A stretch of 64,000 bases of DNA, taken from contig CBDFKD010000002.1 of the NCBI GenBank assembly GCA_965248695.1, positions 2,304,001 through 2,368,000 of the forward strand. Direction: 5' to 3'. Shown here in pieces: positions 1 to 7,200 of the stretch; within the stretch, counting starts at the first letter, position 1; each line of letters begins with the position of its first letter. The translations under genes and the position numbers were made by a program. Source of the DNA: Acidobacteriota bacterium. Lineage in GTDB: Bacteria; Acidobacteriota; UBA890; WLXD01. Under the pieces are notes generated by a model that worked only from the letters and a program-made list of their open reading frames with translations, made no database searches and had not been told where the DNA came from.

Positions 1-181
1 AAGACGCAGGGCTCGTTCTCGACCGAGGCCGCTGGGGTGACGTTGCTGTGGAGCCTGGTCGCCTTCGGCCAGATCCGCATGCGACGCATCGATGGCCACC
101 GGTTCTTGGCTCAGCTCACGTGCGGCCCCGACAAACAGGCCGCCTAACCGATAGGATCATCCGTCGTCGCGGAGGAGACGC

Positions 182-387
182 TCATCCAATTTCCACGACA
201 TTCGGGGCACATCCCAACTCGATATCCGGGATGGAATTCTGGCGGTTCAACTCAAGGTTGCGGATGGTTCCCAGCGAAACCACTTTCCCCTTCGCCGCGA
301 GCGTCCTCATGAGATGCTCACGGCTCCAGGCGCGCGCCTCCCTCAACGTTCGGAGCTTCTGTCCGTTCCAAAACTCTTTATTTCCAT
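182..387 (-). pseudogene. Cro-like XRE HTH regulator, 1-nt frameshift right after the ATG
   Basis: Manual translation of 385-182 gives GNKEFWNGQKLRTLREARAWSREHLMRTLAAKGKVVSLGTIRNLELNRQNSIPDIELG (XRE pattern); the ATG at 387 is one base out of frame in ATGGAAATAAAG. Confidence 0.7.
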
Positions 388-394
388 GACGACG

Positions 395-424
395 ACCCTA
401 CCTGTAGTTGCCTTGCCCTGTCAA
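395..424 (-). promoter_or_regulatory. Sigma70-type promoter for the cro-like gene, probably leaderless
   Basis: TTGACA (424-419), 18-nt spacer, TAGGGT (400-395), ATG 7 nt downstream. Confidence 0.6.
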
Positions 425-434
425 CCCGTTACGG

Positions 435-463
435 TTAACTCTTTACAGGTCGCCGGTTAGCAT
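435..463 (+). promoter_or_regulatory. Putative promoter for the cI-like gene
   Basis: TTAACT (435-440), 17 nt, TAGCAT (458-463); ATG at 472 follows 8 nt later. Confidence 0.4.
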
Positions 464-465
464 GC

Positions 466-801
466 GTGAGTATGAGTTCTGCGTTAGAAAGTCAACTCCA
501 GAATATCAAAGACGAGATAGCGCGGATTCTGAGTTCGGCTCGGTCGGAATCGGGCTACGATCAGGTATCCGTAGAGCGCGAAGCACAAATCGCCCACGGC
601 ACCCTTAGCAAGTTCGAGCGCGGCGTGAGCGAGGCTCTCCCGAGCCTCGAGTTGGCAGCTCGGCTGGAGCGCGCCCTCAGTATTCCGTCGGGCGACCTAC
701 GACCGTTCATCATCGCCGGCCGCATCGTCCGAAACTTCCGACGAGACGAAGTCAGCGTCGGCGAGATCCTCGGCGCCTGCGACATCATCCGCAAGGGATA
801 G
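466..801 (+). CDS. XRE-family HTH regulator (cI-like repressor); start may be ATG 472
   Basis: ARSESGYDQVSVEREAQIAHGTLSKFERGVSEALPSLELAARLERAL fits HTH_3; divergent from the cro-like gene. Confidence 0.8.
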   Translation: MSMSSALESQLQNIKDEIARILSSARSESGYDQVSVEREAQIAHGTLSKFERGVSEALPSLELAARLERALSIPSGDLRPFIIAGRIVRNFRRDEVSVGEILGACDIIRKG

Positions 802-1029
802 GCCCCCACGATGTACGAACGACGCGCAGTTGCCGGCGCTATCGAAGAAATCGAGGAAAGCGCCCAACTCGCTAGAGGACAGGCGCACGTGGACCCCGTC
901 AGCCGGGTTAGTAAACTCCATCACGGGGCCCCAGAAAATTTCTTCACTCGCCTCTTCCACTCGCAGCACGATACGCCCGCGACCACTGGAGTCCTCTACG
1001 ACGAGTTCCCTGCAACGCAACGTTTCCAT
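697..1029 (-). CDS. Hypothetical protein; 3' end overlaps the XRE gene and may be degenerate
   Basis: ATG at 1029 with purine-rich RBS; N-terminus METLRCRELVVEDSSGRGRIVL looks protein-like; competes with + ORF 811-1110. Confidence 0.4.
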   Translation of the reverse strand: METLRCRELVVEDSSGRGRIVLRVEEASEEIFWGPVMEFTNPADGVHVRLSSSELGAFLDFFDSAGNCASFVHRGGLSLADDVAGAEDLADADFVSSEVSDDAAGDDERS

Positions 1030-1196
1030 GCCTCTTATGCCTCCCAGCATCCAGCCCACCAACCGGGAGACGAGGGGCTGCTTCCGGTTGCGGAGCGAGT
1101 ATTCTCGTAACGCGAGCGACCGTAACAGACATTTGTCTGCTAACACAAGGAGAGATGCGAAGGCGCGTGTGGGCGCGCAACGAAGGAACCGAGAAT

Positions 1197-1254
1197 GCCT
1201 GCTACGGCAGGCTCTACACGCTACAGGCCGATCTCACCCGAGAATCGGTGAGCG
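1197..1254 (+). repeat. 58-bp two-hairpin repeat, copy 1
   Basis: 53/58 identical to 1671-1728; GCCTGC-TACG-GCAGGC and CCGATCTC-ACCC-GAG(A)ATCGG hairpins. Confidence 0.9.
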
Positions 1255-1294
1255 TCGACCGTTAACTTAACTAGCTCCAAGGAGACACGCTCCG

Positions 1295-1609
1295 ATGATG
1301 ATTGATGAAGTGCTGCTCTTGAAGGATCTCGATGATCGAGAGCGTCTGATGTTTCAAAGCGAATACCAAACCGTCAAAAAGAGCAGCACAACCGCCATAC
1401 TGTTGGCGTTTTTCCTCGGTAGCTTCGGAGCACATCGCTTCTACCTTGGGGAAGTGGGTCTTGGTGTGCTCTACATAGCGTTCTGCTGGACGCTCATTCC
1501 AGGTATCGTCGCCATAGTGGAGCTGTTTCTCCTGAAAGGTCGCGTTCAGGTCTATAACAAGGAAAAAGCTGATGCGATCGCTGTCAAACTGAAGGCCCTC
1601 CGAGCGTGA
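1295..1609 (+). CDS. TM2-domain membrane protein (moron; possible superinfection exclusion)
   Basis: [27 protein letters not shown]2 motif; AAGGAG RBS; visibly lower GC than flanks. Confidence 0.88.
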   Translation: MMIDEVLLLKDLDDRERLMFQSEYQTVKKSSTTAILLAFFLGSFGAHRFYLGEVGLGVLYIAFCWTLIPGIVAIVELFLLKGRVQVYNKEKADAIAVKLKALRA

Positions 1610-1670
1610 CCTACCGGTCGGTCAGGTCGCCTGGACAGGGAAAACGCTTCTGTGATTAGCAATCGAAAGC

Positions 1671-1728
1671 GCCTGCTGCGGCAGGCTCTACACGCTACAG
1701 GCCGACCTCACCCGAGGGTCGGTGAACG
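1671..1728 (+). repeat. 58-bp two-hairpin repeat, copy 2
   Basis: GCCTGC-TGCG-GCAGGC and CCGACCTC-ACCC-GAG(G)GTCGG; compensatory T-A to C-G versus copy 1. Confidence 0.9.
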
Positions 1729-1798
1729 CTGAACAGGGGGAGGGGGCTGGTCAGATGGACGGGGAAGACGCTTCTATGATTTCTGCACGCCGGAGATT

Positions 1799-2056
1799 TC
1801 AGTGGAGAACAGGATTAGCACATGGAATCTGACGTTGGCACCGTGATAAAGTACCGTCAACGTCCAGCGCGCGCGCCAAAGCCCGCAGCGGCAGGATGCG
1901 CAGCATCCAGCGCTCCGGGTCGTTTTCGAGATCCTCCACCACCTGCAGTGGCGTGCATCCGAACTCCTCACATAGCCGACTGATGAACCACGCCTCGGGC
2001 ACCGGCTCATCACCAATACCCTCGAAGTGGCGATACAGCCGGACTAGGCTTCCCCC
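1799..2056 (-). CDS. Tail assembly chaperone GT extension reached by -1 frameshift; C-terminus probably altered by a deletion near 1865
   Basis: -1 frame from G GGG GAA (2056-2050) reads SLVRLYRHFEG...ISRLCEEFGCTP...ILPLRALARA. Confidence 0.7.
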   Translation of the reverse strand, partial: GGSLVRLYRHFEGIGDEPVPEAWFISRLCEEFGCTPLQVVEDLENDPERWMLRILPLRALARALDVDGTLSRCQRQIPCANPVLH

Positions 2057-2451
2057 TCCTGAGCCTCTGACGGAGGCATGGTCAGATCGATGATTTCCTG
2101 AGCGGCCCACTGTGTGGTGCGCTCATCCAGCGCCGCCTTGTTCTCGGAGTCGCAGGAGGCATCGTAGGACCAGGCCGCCAAGCCCATGTCGATCAGATAG
2201 CCCGTGTCGTAGTTGGCCGCCTGATAGCGCCGCTCTTGGAGCACCTTGCGAATCTCCCCCTCGGCTCTGTCGCCACCCTTCGAAAGCACCTCGAGGAATT
2301 CCGCTCCCCAAGCCTTAGCGGACTCGCGGGAATAATCCTCCTGCAGGCTGCGCGCTTTGCGCAGCTGCTTCCACGAGAGCCGGTTGAGTAGAAAGTGCTG
2401 CCCCGGCTCGTGTGGAATCTCCCGCTGTACGGGCTCTCCTGTCACCAACAT
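2044..2451 (-). CDS. Tail assembly chaperone (G)
   Basis: Directly after the tail tube gene, AAAGGAG RBS, slippery heptamer just before the stop. Confidence 0.75.
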   Translation of the reverse strand: MLVTGEPVQREIPHEPGQHFLLNRLSWKQLRKARSLQEDYSRESAKAWGAEFLEVLSKGGDRAEGEIRKVLQERRYQAANYDTGYLIDMGLAAWSYDASCDSENKAALDERTTQWAAQEIIDLTMPPSEAQEGEA

Positions 2452-2480
2452 CTACGTTTCTCCTTTGTCTTTGGCTGCTC

Positions 2481-2903
2481 TTACGCCCAGGTCCACGCGC
2501 CGGTCGGCTGCAGCACCACGACCGCCTTGTGGATGTCCTCGGCACTCATCACCACCTGGAAGCTCACCACCCGCACATCGCCCGTGAGGGTCTTACCGTC
2601 ACCGGCAGTAATGACAACCTCGCGGCCGTCATCCTGGGGACCATCATCGACATCCTTGAAGATGTCGTGCGGGCCGTTCGTGCTCGTGTCCCAGATCAGA
2701 TTGAAGGTGAGCTGGTTCACCATCCTCATGCCCGTGGGCGTGTGCTCTCCCCAGGCATCCCCGTAGGTGGTGGTCTCCACAAACGCCGCCTCGATCTGTG
2801 GATCGACCCCTTCGAGCAAGTAGTTGGAGATGTCGCGGGCCGTCCCACCGGGAGCATCCTCGATGGTCACCGATACCGATGAGGAGCCGTACTTTCCAGG
2901 CAT
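2481..2903 (-). CDS. Tail tube (major tail) protein
   Basis: 140 aa, beta-rich, ETTTYGDAWGEHTPTG motif; position before chaperone. Confidence 0.7.
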   Translation of the reverse strand: MPGKYGSSSVSVTIEDAPGGTARDISNYLLEGVDPQIEAAFVETTTYGDAWGEHTPTGMRMVNQLTFNLIWDTSTNGPHDIFKDVDDGPQDDGREVVITAGDGKTLTGDVRVVSFQVVMSAEDIHKAVVVLQPTGAWTWA

Positions 2904-2945
2904 CGTTGTCTTTCTCCCGCCCGCATTGCGGGCCGTTGTTGTCGA

Positions 2946-3683
2946 TTACAAACGAGACATTGCGATCAGTGAGGTGATCGAGCCGGTACCCGTCAGCGCG
3001 CCACTCACGGCGATGTAGCGATCCACCGTGCCGGTTGCACCGAGGCGTTCGGCGAACGGAGCCGAGACGTTGTTGGTGAACGTAATGAGATCTGCGAACA
3101 CTGTGTTATCGGCCGAGTCGCGGATCTTGACCGACAAGCCCGTGATGCCCGCAGCGGCGTTCACGACGAGGTACCCCACAGCGCCGTTGGCCGAACTGGC
3201 ACCGTTGTCCAGCGTCTGGCTCTCGGTATTCCAGTCGGCCGTTTTGGATTCCAGCGGCTGCAAAAGCACACACTCGTCGCGCTGCCCGGTCACCAGGCAT
3301 GTGGCGTTGGCTCGGTGTAGATCGCCTTGCGACATCATTACCTGGTAACTCTGCTGATACAGACCCGACAGACCCACGCACGCATCCCCCACGCCCTTGG
3401 AGGGGCCGTACACGAGCAGGCGCGGTACCGCCTGCACCGAGCTCGGCACCGAGCCCCCTAGCGCCGCGTGGCTGTTGTTGGCTCCGGTATCAAAGAACGC
3501 TCCCTCAATGCTCAGCTCCACTTGGCGCACACCGATGGGCGTGTGCTTTTCCCACCCGTCTCCAAGCCCATCGGTGCGCACGGTGGGAACGGTGACCGTT
3601 TCGGATAGCTGCTGTGGACTGGCGGCCGTCAGGTCATAGCCATCCACCGTAAGGAACACATCGGCGGGACCGTAGCGTGTCAT
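2946..3683 (-). CDS. Tail-tube-like protein with extra C-terminal domain
   Basis: N-terminal ~140 aa shares motifs with 2481-2903 (YG..V.LT, GDGWEKHTPIGVR). Confidence 0.6.
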   Translation of the reverse strand: MTRYGPADVFLTVDGYDLTAASPQQLSETVTVPTVRTDGLGDGWEKHTPIGVRQVELSIEGAFFDTGANNSHAALGGSVPSSVQAVPRLLVYGPSKGVGDACVGLSGLYQQSYQVMMSQGDLHRANATCLVTGQRDECVLLQPLESKTADWNTESQTLDNGASSANGAVGYLVVNAAAGITGLSVKIRDSADNTVFADLITFTNNVSAPFAERLGATGTVDRYIAVSGALTGTGSITSLIAMSRL

Positions 3684-3686
3684 TAC

Positions 3687-3950
3687 TTACCTCCCCGTCG
3701 AGACCTTCGCCGTGGAGCGCGGCGTGACGATCTCGACGTTGCCGGACTGGATCTGAACCTGTTGCAGCTTCTTGGGCATATCGGAGCAGTCGCCCCCAGC
3801 CTCGACGCTCCTAAACTCGATCCCGGCGCGGTCCTTGGCGCTCATGCGCGATAGCCCACCCGCCTTAGCGATCGCCTGCACGGCCTTCGGATCGATGGGA
3901 TACGTGATGGCGCCGCGACGGTTCGTCACGCGGAGCTTTTGGGTAGCCAT
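3687..3950 (-). CDS. Hypothetical phage protein (basic)
   Basis: Tightly packed in the late operon, AGGAG RBS. Confidence 0.65.
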   Translation of the reverse strand: MATQKLRVTNRRGAITYPIDPKAVQAIAKAGGLSRMSAKDRAGIEFRSVEAGGDCSDMPKKLQQVQIQSGNVEIVTPRSTAKVSTGR

Positions 3951-3954
3951 GAGA

Positions 3955-4140
3955 TCAATCGCTCCTGTAGTTGTTGCCGCACTTCAAACACCAGCTCGTG
4001 CCCCCGAACGCCTTCTGTTGCCTGTCCTCGGAAGCCCCGCATTGCGGGCACGATCCATCATCTAAATGAGTGGGGATCGCGTTGCCGCGAGCATCCACGA
4101 GTCCGCCTTTGTCAACATCGACTGGCCCTGTATCCGTCAT
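3955..4140 (-). CDS. Small zinc-ribbon protein
   Basis: CPQC...CLKC; ATGA overlap with upstream gene. Confidence 0.65.
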   Translation of the reverse strand: MTDTGPVDVDKGGLVDARGNAIPTHLDDGSCPQCGASEDRQQKAFGGTSWCLKCGNNYRSD

Positions 4141-4529
4141 CGCTCTTTCTCGGTGCGGCAGTTAAAGACGATCAAAACGCGCTCTTTGTCGTCGCGCTTG
4201 TACAGTCCCGGGTCTTGTAGAGGGCTGATCCAGTGGTACTGCGTGCCAGACAGCTCGGTGCCCTGAACCTTCACCAGCGCGTCACGGATACTCGTGGCGG
4301 TGGCCAGCGGCGTGTCGTGGTCGTACGGCGCACCGCGCACCACGACTTGCAGCCGCGGCCGCTCGTAGGCCACCCCGCCGGTGACTCCGAACCCCCGCGA
4401 CGGCGCCTCCCCGGGGTACTGGTACAGCGCCACCGCCGTATCCGGCGTCGCCGGCATCGTTCCCCTATAGATCGGATCCGTGATGCTCTCGGTGACCAAG
4501 TAGCTCTTCACCTCCTGCAGAAAGGCCAT
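4137..4529 (-). CDS. Tail terminator / minor capsid family protein
   Basis: IYRGTMPATPDTAVALYQYPG...ERPRLQVVVRG; position after gp10-like gene. Confidence 0.75.
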   Translation of the reverse strand: MAFLQEVKSYLVTESITDPIYRGTMPATPDTAVALYQYPGEAPSRGFGVTGGVAYERPRLQVVVRGAPYDHDTPLATATSIRDALVKVQGTELSGTQYHWISPLQDPGLYKRDDKERVLIVFNCRTEKER

Positions 4530-4909
4530 CAGCGCTCCAACAACCCCTTGCCGATCCGCGCCGCCATCCCTGGAATCGCCTCGGTCACGGAGTTCTCCAG
4601 AAACTTCGCCTCGCCCACCGTGTGGCGCGCCTCTAGGTCCTCGTGTACGCGGTGTGCGTAGCTCACCGCCGGCCCCCCAACACCGATCCGCACCGATACA
4701 TCCCGACCCGACCGCCTGGGCGCCTCCACGTGGTGGCTGGCACGTAGTGCGCCGGTATCCACCGGGGTTCGCCGACGGCTCTTGGTGGCGATCTTTTGAG
4801 CCTCCCGGTGCAACGCCGCCTCGATCTTGCTCGGCATGCGAGCCGTTACGGCCCCCAGCTTGCGCCTCAGCTCAGACAACCCCTCGATCCGTACGCTCAT
4901 CCCAGCCAC
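4529..4909 (-). CDS. HK97 gp10-like tail completion protein
   Basis: RTPVDTGALRAS and YAHRVHE...AKFLE motifs. Confidence 0.85.
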   Translation of the reverse strand: MAGMSVRIEGLSELRRKLGAVTARMPSKIEAALHREAQKIATKSRRRTPVDTGALRASHHVEAPRRSGRDVSVRIGVGGPAVSYAHRVHEDLEARHTVGEAKFLENSVTEAIPGMAARIGKGLLER

Positions 4910-5253
4910 ACCTCGAGCATGTAGGGTGTCCCGGTGGAGCCATTCACCAGCCCCTCGATATCGAGAATCGGCCCCGTGGTGTTGTCCGGCAGCGTGATCC
5001 GATCCAGCGGCCCCACCTGCACCGGGAACAGAAAGCTCACCTTGGCCCGCGCCATCACCACGTTGCCCTCGTCGCCGCGCACCTGTCGCTGCTTGTGCTC
5101 CACGAGCGCTGGCCGCTGTACCGCTGAGCCATACGTCGGTGCCCCCTGGTCATTGGGGCCTTCATACGCTTCGTGGACCACGTCGTGCTGCAGGTCGCTC
5201 GTGAGGCTGTTGGCCAGCGCCACACCGGAGGCCACAAGAGTCTCCAAACCCAT
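4897..5253 (-). CDS. Head closure protein
   Basis: Neck position; GPLDRITLPD motif; 118 aa. Confidence 0.65.
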   Translation of the reverse strand: MGLETLVASGVALANSLTSDLQHDVVHEAYEGPNDQGAPTYGSAVQRPALVEHKQRQVRGDEGNVVMARAKVSFLFPVQVGPLDRITLPDNTTGPILDIEGLVNGSTGTPYMLEVWLG

Positions 5254-5257
5254 ATCG

Positions 5258-5797
5258 CTACGCCCTCACCAGTTGGCGCGTGCCGGAGGCACGGCCCCGC
5301 ACCGCGTAGTACCAGTGCTCCGGGATCAGCAGCACCACCAGGTCCGGCACCGCCTTGGCAAACACGGAGTCTTTGAACTCCAACTCCACCGGCCCTGCCT
5401 TGATCCTGGTGATGCCTTTGGTCTCGATATCGGAATCATCCGTGCGGCCGAGATCGGCCAGCAGTTGCCGGGCGTATTCCGCCTGCGCGTTCTTAATCTG
5501 CACCGGGATCTCGGTGGAGGCGACGTGCTCAAACCCGGTCGGCTTGAGCATCCCCGTGCGGGGCCATTGCAGCGCCTGGTTCCGATCCACCGCGTGCCCG
5601 CTCCACTCAAAGGCTCGGTCCAGCAGCAGCGTCGCCATCAACAGCGCCTTGGTCTTGGCACCCTCCTCGGTGCTCGTGGCTGTCCACGCCGTACCGGACG
5701 CGACCCGGTCCTCGTGGTACTGCTCGGCCTCCCCCAGCGTGGCGTAGGTGTTGCTCCAAGCCCCGCCGACGGTCGCATTCAGTACCGAGGTCGCCAT
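5258..5797 (-). CDS. Head-tail adaptor (DnaT-like N-terminus)
   Basis: NTYATLGEAEQY, QALQWPR, IPVQIKNAQAE, KAGPVELEF motifs. Confidence 0.8.
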   Translation of the reverse strand: MATSVLNATVGGAWSNTYATLGEAEQYHEDRVASGTAWTATSTEEGAKTKALLMATLLLDRAFEWSGHAVDRNQALQWPRTGMLKPTGFEHVASTEIPVQIKNAQAEYARQLLADLGRTDDSDIETKGITRIKAGPVELEFKDSVFAKAVPDLVVLLIPEHWYYAVRGRASGTRQLVRA

Positions 5798-5970
5798 CAG
5801 TTCCCCTTGCGCCTTTTCGTAGGCTGCGCCTTGGACTTCGGCTTGCCACCGCCTCTAGCCTTCGGCTTGGCTATCTCCTCGTAGTCGTGTTCGTTGAACT
5901 CTTCTCGATTGATCACGCACTCCGCCCCATCGCTTTTGCGACGGACTTTCTGAGTCGGTATTGCAGCCAT
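5797..5970 (-). CDS. Small 57-aa phage protein with basic tail (not in ORF track)
   Basis: MAAIPTQKVRRKSDGAECVINREEFNEHDYEEIAKPKARGGGKPKSKAQPTKRRKGN; TGATG coupling to next gene; AGGTG RBS. Confidence 0.7.
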   Translation of the reverse strand: MAAIPTQKVRRKSDGAECVINREEFNEHDYEEIAKPKARGGGKPKSKAQPTKRRKGN

Positions 5971-5993
5971 CGCTTTGTCACCTAGGGGGTGTG

Positions 5994-6030
5994 GGCTCGG
6001 TCGCGAGCACGCAGCCAGCGCGACCGAGCC
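5994..6030 (-). promoter_or_regulatory. 12-bp perfect stem-loop downstream of the capsid gene (no U-tract)
   Basis: GGCTCGGTCGCG (5994-6005) and CGCGACCGAGCC (6019-6030). Confidence 0.6.
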
Positions 6031-6052
6031 TCATCATTGTGGACCCAGCCGA

Positions 6053-7168
6053 TTAGCCTGCGACGCGCACCGCCAGCTCCGGGCGAACCGTCTGCACACC
6101 GTAGAGGGAGTCGTAGGAGAAACGAGTCCTCTTGTGCTGACGCGACACTTCCAGTCGCAGCGCCAAGCCCGATACCGGGTCGACCGCCGCGCGGAACGTC
6201 CCGACTCCCATCGGGTCGGCTCCCTGGAACGGCCGCATGGCCAACGCGAAGGCGTCACGGTGAAACGCCAGGTTCACCGTGTGGCTGCCCTTGAACGTCA
6301 GCGCCGCATCGTCGGCCCAGGCAACCTTCGACGCCGGTGCGTAGGTGATGACGTTGCTCCCGTAGGCCTCCACGACGTAGGTCTGCGTGTCACCGGCCAC
6401 CGTGAAGATGTCGCCCTCGGCGGGATCGCCCGAGCCGGTATCGATCGTCACGGTTCCGTTGCCCACCACATGGTCCGACTGGTTCACCAGCCAGCCTGAG
6501 CCGCCGCCCGTGGTATGCGTTGGAACGTTCTGGTCCATCGCCCACATGGAGCCGAGCTTCTCGCCGATCTCACCACGCAAGATACCCTGACGGTCACCCC
6601 GGTAACTGGCGTCCTGGAAGGCGCGCAGGTTCAGCGCGTTCGCCTCTGCATCCGGATCGATCACGCAAAAGCGTGGATCCAGTGGCGCGAGCTGTTCGTT
6701 GAGCACCTTGCGGGCGTTCACGAACGCCGACAGGTCGCTCGTGAACGGCGTGGTGCCCGCCGTGCCGGCGTACCCGTAGATGTCCTTGTACTTGGCAAGG
6801 ATGGCGTTGTCGATGTTGTTCGCCAGCGCCTTGATCGCCTCGGAGGCTTGCATCGGGATCGTTCCCGACTGCACCTCCAGCATTTCCTTGTCGTTGAGGA
6901 AAAACGGCGCCTCGTACCACTGATCCAGTACGAGCGACACCTTCGTCGGCGCGATCCCGGCATCGTCGGGCGGCGTGTTGGAAGGCGTTACCGCGGTTGC
7001 GGCGATCGCCGAGGGGATCGGTACATCGATCGTCGAGTACTGATCGCCCGGAACGTTTTCGTAGGCGCGGTTGACGAACCGCGGCATGACCACCATCTCG
7101 CGCAGAGCCAACAGACCCTGTGCCAACAGACGGTCAACGATATGCGTGGTGGTGTTGGTATTGGCCAC
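6053..7168 (-). CDS. Major capsid protein, P22 gp5-like (GTG start at 7168)
   Basis: GGAGGAG RBS at 7185-7179; LAQGLLALRE, STIDVPIP, NLAFHRDAFALAMRP, YDSLYGVQTVRPELAVR. Confidence 0.9.
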   Translation of the reverse strand: MANTNTTTHIVDRLLAQGLLALREMVVMPRFVNRAYENVPGDQYSTIDVPIPSAIAATAVTPSNTPPDDAGIAPTKVSLVLDQWYEAPFFLNDKEMLEVQSGTIPMQASEAIKALANNIDNAILAKYKDIYGYAGTAGTTPFTSDLSAFVNARKVLNEQLAPLDPRFCVIDPDAEANALNLRAFQDASYRGDRQGILRGEIGEKLGSMWAMDQNVPTHTTGGGSGWLVNQSDHVVGNGTVTIDTGSGDPAEGDIFTVAGDTQTYVVEAYGSNVITYAPASKVAWADDAALTFKGSHTVNLAFHRDAFALAMRPFQGADPMGVGTFRAAVDPVSGLALRLEVSRQHKRTRFSYDSLYGVQTVRPELAVRVAG

Positions 7169-7200
7169 TGTCGGGGCACTCCTCCACAAAAGAAGTTGCG

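Noticed and set aside
811-1110. + strand 99-aa ORF as an ImmA-like partner of the repressor
   Set aside because: No HExxH motif; the opposite-strand ORF looks more protein-like; left unresolved
1140-1730. Integron attC sites around the TM2 gene
   Set aside because: No RYYYAAC...GTTRRRY boxes bounding both repeats and no integron integrase in the window
2920-4049. Palindromic 14-mer CCCGCATTGCGGGC at 2920-2933 and 4036-4049
   Set aside because: The second copy encodes CPQCG of the zinc ribbon; two copies in GC-rich DNA may be chance
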